Shown here: positions 1 to 9,062 of the stretch, piece by piece
Layout: each line of letters begins with the position of its first letter
Position numbering within the stretch: position 1 is the stretch's first letter
NCBI GenBank assembly: GCA_017609175.1
Contig: JAFCEJ010000003.1
Coordinates: 77,817 to 141,816 of the forward strand
Direction: 5' to 3'
Length of the DNA: 64,000 nt
From: Candidatus Pacearchaeota archaeon
GTDB taxonomy: Archaea; Nanobdellota; Nanobdellia; Pacearchaeales; GW2011-AR1
The notes under the pieces: generated by a model
Told to the model about the DNA's origin: nothing
The model's database searches: none
Seen by the model: the letters and a program-made list of their open reading frames with translations, nothing else
Position numbers and translations under genes: made by a program

Positions 1-1
1 T

Positions 2-1627
2 TCAGCAACAGAAACTTACAAACTAAGTGATGGTTCATATGTGGGTATTAAAGAAATAAATACCCAGGATTATGCTGGTGGAATAAAGCAAGTAGAATTT
101 AGCATTGGTAAAGGAAAGTTAGAATTAACACATGGTTCAGCTGTAGAATTGAATGATAAGACCATTGACGATTTGTATGCCTACATAACTTTAGGTAATA
201 GTGGTTCAAAGAGAACCTTACAAAAGATAGTTATTAGATGGCAAACAGAAGAGGAAACATTTTTGACACCTGAACAAGAATTGTTAATGCCTGGATTTGA
301 AGCAGTTAAATTAACAATGGGTGAAACAACTTTCCCTGCTAAAGAAACTACTACTGTTACTTATTCTGGAGATGAAGTAATTGAAATAAAAACAACCATT
401 AAAGATGGTGAAGTTACAATACCAATATTATATGCAAGCACAGTAGTTGGTGGTAATTTCACTGGAATTGGTAAAGCAGCTGATGAAACATTAGCAACAT
501 CAAATACATCTGAATTGATATATAATGCAACATCAGGTGCAGATGCTGGTTTTGTAGTATCTTGGGCAAATGCAAGAGATAGTGAATCTTATTATCTAAA
601 AGCAACAGTATCAAGGGATTCTACAACATATGTAAACAAGACAACAATTACAAATAAAGTAACAGGTGAAACTGTTTGTAAGGACCTTGACCCTGCTTCA
701 AGCAGTACTTGTACTATAGGAAATGTCATTTTAACAATTAATGATGTTGATTATACATCTGGAGGGGATAGAATCGTTAATATGAGTGTTAACAGCGGAG
801 GTTCGTTCCACGAACTTTATACTGCAGAAGGTTTGAAGATTTACTTGCCTTTTGGTAGTGCGTCAGCAAATACAACTGGAACAACAGAAAAAGGTTGGAT
901 AAGTCTAAACCAAACTGATGCGAATATGTACAGTGCAGGATATGGCCCAACACAATTCACATTGTGGTTCTCAGAAGAAGATAAAAATGGAGATTTGGAC
1001 CAAAAAACATTTAATGTAACTCTAACATCAAGTGGAACAAGCACAAATAGAGTTACAGTAAGTGCTGTACAAGGAGATGGTACTGCTTATGAAACAGCAA
1101 GTAGTTCAAAGATTTGGAGATCTTATGTTGAATCTGAACTTGCTACTAAGATTGACTGGGATAAAACAAATAGTGACCAATATTCTGTAGATTTAGAATA
1201 CCATGGCGGTGAAGTTTATGCAAACTTGTTTGTAACTGCTCCAAGCGTTACAGTTACAACAGGTAGTGAAGGAGTAACTTCATTAGGTGACATTATTGTT
1301 AAAGACACAGAAGTTTCATCTGTACAAGGTAAAAATTTGATTGTTGTAGGTGGAAGTTGTGTTAATAGTGTTGCTGCTAAGTTAATTGGTGGGGCACACT
1401 GTGGTGCTGCATGGGAAGAAGCAACAGGAGTAGGTGCAGGACAATACCTAATCCAAAGCTTTGATAATCCTTATGCAGACGGCGATGAAATTGCTCTATT
1501 AGTTGCAGGATATGAAGCTGCAGACACTGTAAATGCCCAAAAGGCATTATTAGCAAACACAGTCGACACAACTGTTGGTAAGAAATACACTGGTACAACA
1601 TCTGCTGATTTAACAGAAGCAGCATAA
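2..1627 (+). CDS. S-layer protein, C-terminal part (5' end outside window)
   Basis: Frame is open from position 2 (SATETYKLSDGSYVGIKEI...). Thr/Ser/Gly-rich, with the euryarchaeal S-layer C-domain signature NLIVVGGSCVNSVAAKL...LVAGYEAADT and many N-x-S/T sequons. Confidence 0.85.
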   Translation, partial: SATETYKLSDGSYVGIKEINTQDYAGGIKQVEFSIGKGKLELTHGSAVELNDKTIDDLYAYITLGNSGSKRTLQKIVIRWQTEEETFLTPEQELLMPGFEAVKLTMGETTFPAKETTTVTYSGDEVIEIKTTIKDGEVTIPILYASTVVGGNFTGIGKAADETLATSNTSELIYNATSGADAGFVVSWANARDSESYYLKATVSRDSTTYVNKTTITNKVTGETVCKDLDPASSSTCTIGNVILTINDVDYTSGGDRIVNMSVNSGGSFHELYTAEGLKIYLPFGSASANTTGTTEKGWISLNQTDANMYSAGYGPTQFTLWFSEEDKNGDLDQKTFNVTLTSSGTSTNRVTVSAVQGDGTAYETASSSKIWRSYVESELATKIDWDKTNSDQYSVDLEYHGGEVYANLFVTAPSVTVTTGSEGVTSLGDIIVKDTEVSSVQGKNLIVVGGSCVNSVAAKLIGGAHCGAAWEEATGVGAGQYLIQSFDNPYADGDEIALLVAGYEAADTVNAQKALLANTVDTTVGKKYTGTTSADLTEAA

Positions 1628-1637
1628 GTGCAAAACA

Positions 1638-1672
1638 AATTTTATTTTTTCCCTTTTTCTTTTTTATTTTTC
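1638..1672 (+). terminator. T-rich archaeal-type terminator after S-layer gene
   Basis: Several oligo-T tracts directly after the stop codon (tttattttttccctttttctttttt). Confidence 0.55.
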
Positions 1673-1749
1673 ATATGGCGAGAGCCTTATAGAATAAAGT
1701 TTTTATAGTCTAGTAAAGAAATTTTAATATATTCAACTCTAAAAGAAGT

Positions 1750-2334
1750 ATGAAAATGAGAACTATGAAAAAAATAACTTCAAAACAAGAAAAAAGCAGA
1801 AAAAAGAATCGAAATCAATTAATAGTAGGTTTAATCCTTATTGGGGTTATGTTATTTAGTGTGATAGGATATTCTTTCCAGGGAAGTGGGGGAAATGTTA
1901 ATAAAAAAATAAAATATAATGGTTTTGAATTCATAAAACAAGGAGATTTTTGGGTTTTAAACATTAATAACAATAATTTCGTCTTTAAATACAATCCAGA
2001 AGAAGTAGAAAAAATCAATGAATATCTAACCCCCCTAAATGGGTATTATGACCAACCGCTCTATATTTTTTCAGAAAGTAATGCGGCAGAATTAGAAATT
2101 TATAGAAATCTGAATCTTTTTGTTCAAAGAATTCAAAAGGCGTGTCCTGAAGGAGAGAAAAATTGTGGAGAGAATGACCCCTTTAAAACATGCAAGGATA
2201 ATTTTATTATTATTAAGGAAAGCAATTCTTCAAAAATATATCAGGAAGAAAATTGTGTTTTCATAGAAGGAAAACAAGAAGATTTAGTTAAGCTTTCTGA
2301 TGGATTTTTGTTTAAGATATTTGGCATAAAATAA
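1750..2334 (+). CDS. Membrane-anchored extracellular protein of unknown function
   Basis: Basic N-terminus, single TM helix, then a Cys-containing soluble domain; resembles the downstream gene. Confidence 0.7.
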   Translation: MKMRTMKKITSKQEKSRKKNRNQLIVGLILIGVMLFSVIGYSFQGSGGNVNKKIKYNGFEFIKQGDFWVLNINNNNFVFKYNPEEVEKINEYLTPLNGYYDQPLYIFSESNAAELEIYRNLNLFVQRIQKACPEGEKNCGENDPFKTCKDNFIIIKESNSSKIYQEENCVFIEGKQEDLVKLSDGFLFKIFGIK

Positions 2335-2376
2335 CAGAATAATAAACTTTAAAAAAGATTTAGAGGAGATATTAAT

Positions 2377-3030
2377 ATGAAAAAAACAAAAGATAAGGAA
2401 AAACAAATTGAAAATAAAAACGATGATAAAAAACAAAAAGAAATACAAAACCAACAGTTAAAAAGAATATTGATTACAGGTAGTGCAATAATTATTGTCT
2501 TTTTGTTAGGTTTTGCAATTATTAATTCTATACGGCATTTTGAATATAGGGGGCTCAAATTTAATGTTGTAAAAGAGGGTCGTTTAGTGTTTTACAATGT
2601 TGTTTTTCCAATATATTCATCTGTTACAGGAAAGCATGTAGCAGATTATAATATCTATTTAAGAAAAGACCCAAGAAAATTAGAAAAAATTCCTTTTGAT
2701 GGAAAAATGAATTTAGATACTCCGTTAAGAAAAATGGTATTTGAAAGCAAGTATGAAAAAAACTGTGAAGGAGATTTTAATATTGCAATAGCTAATTTTG
2801 TAAAATCATTTGGGTTAATTGGAATCCAAGTGATTAAAGATGAAAATGCTTCGTGCGATTCTTATGGGAGATATATGTATATAGTGTTGCAGGAAGGAAA
2901 TGAAACAAGCATAGAACAATTTGGGCCTGCATGTTATAATATAAATATAAAAGATTGTGAAATATTAGAAGGAACAGAAAGATTTATTGTTGAAGCGTTT
3001 TCAGAATTTGATAATAAGATTTATTATTAA
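2377..3030 (+). CDS. Membrane-anchored extracellular protein of unknown function (paralog-like to upstream gene)
   Basis: Basic N-terminus plus TM, FEYRGLKF motif, C-terminal Cys pattern; SD-like GAGGAG upstream. Confidence 0.7.
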   Translation: MKKTKDKEKQIENKNDDKKQKEIQNQQLKRILITGSAIIIVFLLGFAIINSIRHFEYRGLKFNVVKEGRLVFYNVVFPIYSSVTGKHVADYNIYLRKDPRKLEKIPFDGKMNLDTPLRKMVFESKYEKNCEGDFNIAIANFVKSFGLIGIQVIKDENASCDSYGRYMYIVLQEGNETSIEQFGPACYNINIKDCEILEGTERFIVEAFSEFDNKIYY

Positions 3031-3031
3031 A

Positions 3032-3514
3032 ATGATTGATTTAAAATTAATTTATGCTATTCTTCTCACCCTTATGCCAGTAACAGAATTAAGGGTTGGG
3101 CTTCCCATGGCCATTACATATGCTATAGAAAATGAAATTCCCATAATCCTTATTTTCTCGACGGTAGTATTATTAAATATACTTATAATTTTTTTTATAT
3201 TTTATTTTTTAGACAATCTTCATGAAGTTTTTATGAATGTTCGAATTTACAAGAAACTTTTTGAAGCTTATTTGAAAAGATTTCAAAAGAGAGTTGATAA
3301 ATTTGAGAAAAAATATGAAACAAGTGGTTTTCTTGCTTTAATGTTATTTGTTGCAATACCTCTTCCAGGAACAGGGGCATGGAGCGGGTGTCTTGTTTCA
3401 TGGTTGTTGGGTTTAGAAAGGAAAAAAAGCATCTTGGCCATAGCTACAGGAATAATAATCGCAGGGATTCTCGTTCTTTTTGGAACATTAGGATTTATTA
3501 ATTTATTTCTTTAA
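3032..3514 (+). CDS. COG2426 / putative small multidrug export family membrane protein
   Basis: Motifs PVTELRVGLP and LFVAIPLPGTGAWSG; ATG at 3032 directly after the upstream stop. Confidence 0.85.
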   Translation: MIDLKLIYAILLTLMPVTELRVGLPMAITYAIENEIPIILIFSTVVLLNILIIFFIFYFLDNLHEVFMNVRIYKKLFEAYLKRFQKRVDKFEKKYETSGFLALMLFVAIPLPGTGAWSGCLVSWLLGLERKKSILAIATGIIIAGILVLFGTLGFINLFL

Positions 3515-4015
3515 ACTCCTAAGATATTTGATATCAGAATAAAAAGGGATTTGTTTTATTTTATATAATCTGACCTCTGCAAACCAGATACCGATAACAA
3601 AAATAGTACTTAATAAATACCAAAATACCTCGTGAGCCAAATCAAAAAAATTAGAACCTGTAAAAAGCAACAGACTTAAGAAAAAAATCCTTAAAACATT
3701 CAAGATTAAAAAAACTATAAAAGACAGAAAAATCAATCTAATCCTTTTTTTGAATTTTATTCCGGGTGTTGATAAATTTAGAATTAATAATAAGTAATAG
3801 GCAGCGCCGGCAATGCAAGAGGGAATCAATTCAATTGAAAAATTGTTAAATGAAACAATATTTCCTGTCAAAGAAGAGTCAAAGAAAATATTTAATAAAG
3901 CATATGTTAGGTAAATCGTTAATGGGGTAAAGACAGAATAAAAGAGAGAAAGGTTCGGTACTGAAACAATTAATAGGATAAAGTATCTAACTAAAATGCT
4001 CTTTGTGTTATTCAT
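3503..4015 (-). CDS. Archaeosortase/exosortase-family protein (pacearchaeosortase-like)
   Basis: Multi-TM protein with the Cys-Arg-His triad in typical contexts: IELIPSCIAG, LNVLRI, FDLAHEVFW. Confidence 0.8.
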   Translation of the reverse strand: MNNTKSILVRYFILLIVSVPNLSLFYSVFTPLTIYLTYALLNIFFDSSLTGNIVSFNNFSIELIPSCIAGAAYYLLLILNLSTPGIKFKKRIRLIFLSFIVFLILNVLRIFFLSLLLFTGSNFFDLAHEVFWYLLSTIFVIGIWFAEVRLYKIKQIPFYSDIKYLRSLKK

Positions 4016-4063
4016 ATTTTTTGGATGGGAAACCTATTTAAATAATTTAACCTTAAACAGAAC

Positions 4064-4684
4064 ATGAGAAAAAAAGTGTGTGTTTTTTTGGTTATTGCTG
4101 CATTAATATTAATCAGTTTTCAATATGATTATTGGATTGTTAAACAAATTTCTTCGGTAAGGAACGGTTCTTTGGATAATTTTTTTTTAGGAATTACTTT
4201 CATTAGTTCTGAAGTAATAATTTTCCTTTTTTTAACAAGTTTATTTTTGTGGAATGAGAATAAAAGAAAATGGATATTCCCTTTGTGGTTTACATTATTT
4301 GCATCTATGATAACTAGTTTTATTTTGAAATTTTTAATTCAAAGACCAAGACCTTTTCAATTAGGGCTTGTTTCAATAATGCCCATTTTAGAAAGAGCGA
4401 GTTTCTCTACATGGAATTTTTCTTTCCCGTCATTTCAGGCAATGTTTGTTTTTAGTGCTGTTCCTATTTTATCAAAAGAGTTTCCAAGATTAAAAAAATT
4501 TTGGCTTGTTCTAGCCATTTTAATAGGATTTTCAAGAGTTTATTTTGGACTTCATTTTTTAAGTGATGTTCTTACAGGGGGGCTAATAGGATATTTTATT
4601 GGAATTTGGATTATTAAATTAGAAAAAGAAGAAAAATTTGGTGAAGAAATATTGAAAAGATTAATTAAATTTATAAAAAAATAA
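4064..4684 (+). CDS. PAP2-family membrane phosphatase (lipid-pyrophosphate phosphatase-like)
   Basis: C1 KFLIQRPRP and C3 SRVYFGLHFLSDV present; C2 is a variant (PSFQ rather than PSGH). Confidence 0.85.
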   Translation: MRKKVCVFLVIAALILISFQYDYWIVKQISSVRNGSLDNFFLGITFISSEVIIFLFLTSLFLWNENKRKWIFPLWFTLFASMITSFILKFLIQRPRPFQLGLVSIMPILERASFSTWNFSFPSFQAMFVFSAVPILSKEFPRLKKFWLVLAILIGFSRVYFGLHFLSDVLTGGLIGYFIGIWIIKLEKEEKFGEEILKRLIKFIKK

Positions 4685-4691
4685 ATTAAAT

Positions 4692-6362
4692 CTAACTTCT
4701 TGCAACTCTAATTGCTACAATTATTATTATAACGATTAAGATTACATTCAGCAATCCAATTCCCCATAAATACCAGTTATCTTCTGCAATTACAGACCCT
4801 GTAATTTCTGGGAATTCAAATCCAGTTGATTCCTCGACTGTTACTGAAACTGCTTGTCTTAAAGTTTCTTTTTCACTGTCACCAGTCTTTATTTCAATAT
4901 TAAATGTTTTAGAACCTGAAACATCCTTATTTACTTTAAACTTATATATAACTTCTACTGATTCTCCAGCACCTAAAACAACTATTGCAGGATTTATGTC
5001 CTTTAAACTTGCCCAAGATTCATAGCCGCTTGCTTGTAAAGTATAGGTTGCTTCTTCTGTTCCTGTATTTGTAATTGTTGATTTTATTGTAAGTTCTTTG
5101 CCTGCTTTTGCTTCAGATTCTAAGGTTGCAGAAACTGATGCATGAGGCGCAATTTTACAATTTCCTTCTACATTAAGTGGAACAATAAATAATGCTTCGT
5201 CTTCATCATAGTCATTTTCATAAATATCGTTATCTTCGTCATAAACTCTAAATTCAAGGGAATATTTTCCTTCATCAGCATCTTCAGATATTAAAATATT
5301 TGTAGAAAATTCTTCCTTGTCAAATGAATCAATATCTCCGATTTCTACTTTTTGGTTTATGCCTAATTCTTTATTGTAAATCATGATGTAAACATCCTCT
5401 TGATCATCATCACCAATATTCCAAACATCTCCTGCAATTTGCACATCCATACCACATTGAGCTGTTTCTACAATTTTAATATCGTCTAAGATAACAAAAT
5501 CATCTTCAATTTCCATTGTTAATTCTTCAGAATCATATGCACAGATTTCATTATCATCTGCATCTTCTCCAGTAGCCCATACATAAAATTCATAATCCCC
5601 GTCTTCTAATTCATCTATATCATCATCTAATTTAAAAGAAAGCACAATTTCCTTATCAGTCCTTTTCTTTAAGTTAAAATCATTTTCTTCGTCATCAAGA
5701 TACCATTCTCCTGTTGCAGTATTATATATCCCCCATCCAACAATTATATCTTTTATTTTTTCATCCCTGTTATTGTTCTCCACATTTATCTTTACTTCAA
5801 CCTCATCAAAAGGGAACCACTCATTATCTTTTCCAAATCCTTTAATAACTTTAATATCATCTATTTCTATTGATAAATCATTATTTGGATTTCCTGTTGT
5901 CCTACAAGTTAATACTTCCTCTGGCAAGGGGAGTTGAGTTACTGTAATTGATACTGGGATAGTATAAGAATGTATGTTGAGATATTTTCCCACTACTTCT
6001 AATTCTCCAGTATAAGTACAAACATCTTGGGTTTCAGGAATATTAAATGTGACTGTAACAAGACCACTTGTTTCATTTTTTGTTAAACTTGTTGGAGCAC
6101 CAGTAATAGTAAGTTCAGAGTTGAATGATTTTGAACATCCTGTGAGAACGATAGGAGAAGTAAATGCGATTTCGGTAATCTCGTTAATATTGCTTTCTTT
6201 TAGATAAAAAGATAATGTTACTTTAGAACCCTGGTCTGCTGATGCCTTAAGTTCGCTTAATTCAGTATTATTTGCATCAACAAACTTTATGCTAGCACTA
6301 GCCAGTCCGATTGACAAAATTGCTGTCAATAAAAACAATGCAAGTACTTTTGTTTTCATCAT
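4692..6362 (-). CDS. Acidic cell-surface / putative S-layer-associated protein with Ig-like (CARDB-type) repeats and C-terminal TM anchor
   Basis: Signal peptide, Asp/Glu-rich beta-sandwich repeats (VENNN, VWNIG, ITNTG), C-terminal ITGSVI + TM + basic tail. Confidence 0.75.
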   Translation of the reverse strand: MMKTKVLALFLLTAILSIGLASASIKFVDANNTELSELKASADQGSKVTLSFYLKESNINEITEIAFTSPIVLTGCSKSFNSELTITGAPTSLTKNETSGLVTVTFNIPETQDVCTYTGELEVVGKYLNIHSYTIPVSITVTQLPLPEEVLTCRTTGNPNNDLSIEIDDIKVIKGFGKDNEWFPFDEVEVKINVENNNRDEKIKDIIVGWGIYNTATGEWYLDDEENDFNLKKRTDKEIVLSFKLDDDIDELEDGDYEFYVWATGEDADDNEICAYDSEELTMEIEDDFVILDDIKIVETAQCGMDVQIAGDVWNIGDDDQEDVYIMIYNKELGINQKVEIGDIDSFDKEEFSTNILISEDADEGKYSLEFRVYDEDNDIYENDYDEDEALFIVPLNVEGNCKIAPHASVSATLESEAKAGKELTIKSTITNTGTEEATYTLQASGYESWASLKDINPAIVVLGAGESVEVIYKFKVNKDVSGSKTFNIEIKTGDSEKETLRQAVSVTVEESTGFEFPEITGSVIAEDNWYLWGIGLLNVILIVIIIIVAIRVARS

Positions 6363-6520
6363 GTTGTAATTCCGGAGTTAATATGGTTTATAAATATTTT
6401 TATGATTCAAAATATATTCATACAAAACATATAATTTGTTTTTCAAAAGATTTAAATATTCTATTTTTTTAATTTTATCGTTGATAAAGATAAGTTATTA
6501 TTCTTATCAACGAATTGAAA

Positions 6521-6526
6521 GGAGGT
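6521..6526 (+). promoter_or_regulatory. Strong Shine-Dalgarno site
   Basis: GGAGGT 9 nt before the ATG at 6536. Confidence 0.6.
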
Positions 6527-6535
6527 AAAATAAAG

Positions 6536-6922
6536 ATGGCTTTAAAATCTAAGGAAAATACTTTAGGAGCATGGGCTTTTTTAATTGGTGTAGTTTTGGC
6601 AATAATCATTGGACTAAGTACATCATTGATTTCAATTCCTACATTGACAAAATATAGTTCATCAATATATGCGATTCTAACAATATTGGGTATAATTGTT
6701 GGTTTCATGAATGTTACAAGCAAAGATTCTCAAACATTCTTAGTCGCTGGTGCTATATTAGTTATTGTGAGTAAATTTGGAATGGAAAGTGTCACTGGCT
6801 CTTTGATAGGAATTGGTGTAGGAAGTATTGTAACATCAATATTTGGAGCATTGTTAGCATTGTTTGTTCCTGCAACAATAATAGTAGCATTAAAAACAGT
6901 GTTTGGAATTGCTAAGGTTTAA
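6536..6922 (+). CDS. Small multi-pass membrane protein of unknown function
   Basis: About four hydrophobic helices (GAWAFLIGVVLAII, LGIIVGFMNV, FLVAGAILVIV, FVPATIIVALK); start chosen at the ATG after the SD. Confidence 0.75.
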   Translation: MALKSKENTLGAWAFLIGVVLAIIIGLSTSLISIPTLTKYSSSIYAILTILGIIVGFMNVTSKDSQTFLVAGAILVIVSKFGMESVTGSLIGIGVGSIVTSIFGALLALFVPATIIVALKTVFGIAKV

Positions 6923-6924
6923 TT

Positions 6925-7554
6925 TTATTTTTTTATTTTTATTTTATTTATATTTATTATTCTATTGTCTATCATATCCATTCGCGGACAAGCAGTATTT
7001 ATCCAAGAATTAATATCAAAATTTTCAAATTCAGATATATTTAAATTATTAGCAATAAATAAATATGATTTTTTATCATTTAATTTCTTTTTTAGCTCTA
7101 TTGCGTTTTTGAGATTTTGTTGGCCTGGTTTTGTTGAAATTAAAATTCCTATTTTGTCCGCATTTAAAAATTTTAAATAAGCAACTTTTTGTTTCTTCTC
7201 TAATTTTTGTATATCTTTATTTGAAATTTTATTTAATTTATCTTTTTCTAATATATAAATAGGAAGATTTGTTTCAATGGCTAAAGAAATAGCATGAAAT
7301 CTTCCAGAACCGATTAATAAAATTGCTTGTGTTTGTTTTTGGAATTTTGGATTTGAGCAACCCAACACCTGAATAGTCTTTGTAATATTATGATTTTTAG
7401 AAAGAATTTTTTTTATTTCATTAGCTAGATTTTTGAATTGAACAGAATAAGCAATTGCTATATTTTTTGGAAGTTGCTTTGAAATTTCCAAGATTTTTAA
7501 TTTGTTTGCTTTAAGTTTTTTTTGTGTTGGTATGAATAATGTTTTGATTTGCAT
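6925..7554 (-). CDS. dph2: Diphthamide synthesis Dph2-like protein (N-terminally shortened)
   Basis: QVLGC, GSGRFHA, GILISTKPGQ and NTACPR motifs; only 209 aa. Confidence 0.8.
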   Translation of the reverse strand: MQIKTLFIPTQKKLKANKLKILEISKQLPKNIAIAYSVQFKNLANEIKKILSKNHNITKTIQVLGCSNPKFQKQTQAILLIGSGRFHAISLAIETNLPIYILEKDKLNKISNKDIQKLEKKQKVAYLKFLNADKIGILISTKPGQQNLKNAIELKKKLNDKKSYLFIANNLNISEFENFDINSWINTACPRMDMIDNRIININKIKIKK

Positions 7555-7588
7555 AATTAATTAGAAACAATTAATTATATAAAAGTTA

Positions 7589-7786
7589 TTAATTATTTTG
7601 CTTAATATATTTTAATAATTCAATTATCACCCTATTTTGATAATATAATGAAAGATTCAAATAACCTGAAGCTACATTAAAAAATACCTGGCGATAAATT
7701 GTATCATTTTGTTCTCCTGCCTTAATTTCCTTTTCTGCTTTGCTTCTTAATTCTTCTGCTTTTTTTAAATCGTCTTCAATAGTCAT
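7589..7786 (-). CDS. Hypothetical small helical protein
   Basis: 65-aa ORF directly downstream of sepF; no recognised motif. Confidence 0.5.
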   Translation of the reverse strand: MTIEDDLKKAEELRSKAEKEIKAGEQNDTIYRQVFFNVASGYLNLSLYYQNRVIIELLKYIKQNN

Positions 7787-7797
7787 CTTATAAAAAT

Positions 7798-8193
7798 TTA
7801 TTCAAACCGGCTTCTTGGTTCATCTTTTGGTTTTGAATCTTCTTTTTGGATTTTTGCGAAAGAGGGTGTTACAATCACAAGATTTTCTCCGAATCCGGCG
7901 ATACTTCCTTCAAGAGCATCTGTTGTTTTCTTAATTTTTGAGATTGCCCTTTTTAATTCAATAGAATCTTTTTGTCTTAAAACTTTTATGTCAATAATTG
8001 CAATAGTGTAACCTTCTCTTAATGCATTTAAAATATCATTAACTTCTTCATAGTTTTTTAGAACAAACAATTTTACAAGAACTTTATTAGATTCTTTTTC
8101 TTCTTGCCCCAAATCAATTTCTATGTATTCTCCATTAAGGTCTTCTTCATTCAATGCGCTTGAAAAACTCTTTTTTATTTTATCAAAAACCAT
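7798..8193 (-). CDS. sepF: Cell division protein SepF
   Basis: Archaeal SepF pattern: EYIEID, LREGYTIAIIDI, ELKRAISKIKK, GSIAGFGENLVIVTP. Confidence 0.9.
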   Translation of the reverse strand: MVFDKIKKSFSSALNEEDLNGEYIEIDLGQEEKESNKVLVKLFVLKNYEEVNDILNALREGYTIAIIDIKVLRQKDSIELKRAISKIKKTTDALEGSIAGFGENLVIVTPSFAKIQKEDSKPKDEPRSRFE

Positions 8194-8316
8194 ACTATTA
8201 GATATTTGAAATATTTATAAAGATTTCGGGGTTTTTTTGTATAGTTTGAAAAGAACATTAGAAGATTATAATTAAAAACACATAATAATTTAAATAAAAA
8301 ATAATTTTTCTAAATA

Positions 8317-8735
8317 ATGCGTTTTAAGGAACTTACTGAAAGAACACTTGGGGGGAAATTTGATTCACATTGTACTATTACCTGTGGAAATCTTGTAGAA
8401 GATTTTACACCTTATTATTCTGATAAACCTAAAGAAAATAGATTCTTATTAAATTTTAATGAGAATAGAGATGGTGTTTGGCCAAGTGAAAATGAAAAAT
8501 TAATTCCTTTTGCAAGAACCAGAAAAAGATTGTTTGGTTATGATATTAAAGTTGAAATATTACCCTGTATGATTCCCCAAGCTTTAGAAGCATTAACGTT
8601 TAGTATATATATATTGATGAAAAAAAAGATGAATTTAATCATTCTAAATATTTAAGTAATAAGATAAAAGAAAAAATAAAAGAAAAATTAGCAGTTCAAA
8701 AAGAATTGATTAAAATATTAAAAAATTTGAAATAA
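8317..8735 (+). pseudogene. Orphan gene apparently frameshifted at a (TA)n tract
   Basis: ORF 8317-8655 reads through a TA repeat at 8604-8614; removing one TA unit gives a plausible helical C-terminus (IDEKKDEFNHSKYLSNKIKEKIKEKLAVQKELIKILKNLK) ending at 8735. Confidence 0.5.
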
Positions 8736-8742
8736 AAATAAA

Positions 8743-9060
8743 TCATCTTTTTTGTGGACCCATAACATCTTCTCTAAGTTTTTCTATTTTTTCTGTAATC
8801 ATTTTCTCCTGATTTTCTATTGCCTTTGCTCTAAGTTCGAGCATTTTCTTTTTTTCTTCTAATTCTTTCTTAATTTTTGATTTTTCTGTTTTTAGCATTA
8901 ATTGTCCAATCATTTTATAAACATCATCGTTTGATTTTTCCAATTCCTCTAAAGCACCCTGAGTTTCTGCTAATTCTATTTGAAAGGTTTGTTTCTGGAG
9001 AAGAAGATTCTGCAAATTTTGTTCTAAAATCTGCAATTCCTGTATTTTATTTTCATCCAT
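8743..9060 (-). CDS. pfdB: Prefoldin beta subunit
   Basis: Coiled coil with VYKMIGQLML hairpin; syntenic with rpl37ae-rpoP. Confidence 0.93.
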   Translation of the reverse strand: MDENKIQELQILEQNLQNLLLQKQTFQIELAETQGALEELEKSNDDVYKMIGQLMLKTEKSKIKKELEEKKKMLELRAKAIENQEKMITEKIEKLREDVMGPQKR

Positions 9061-9062
9061 AT

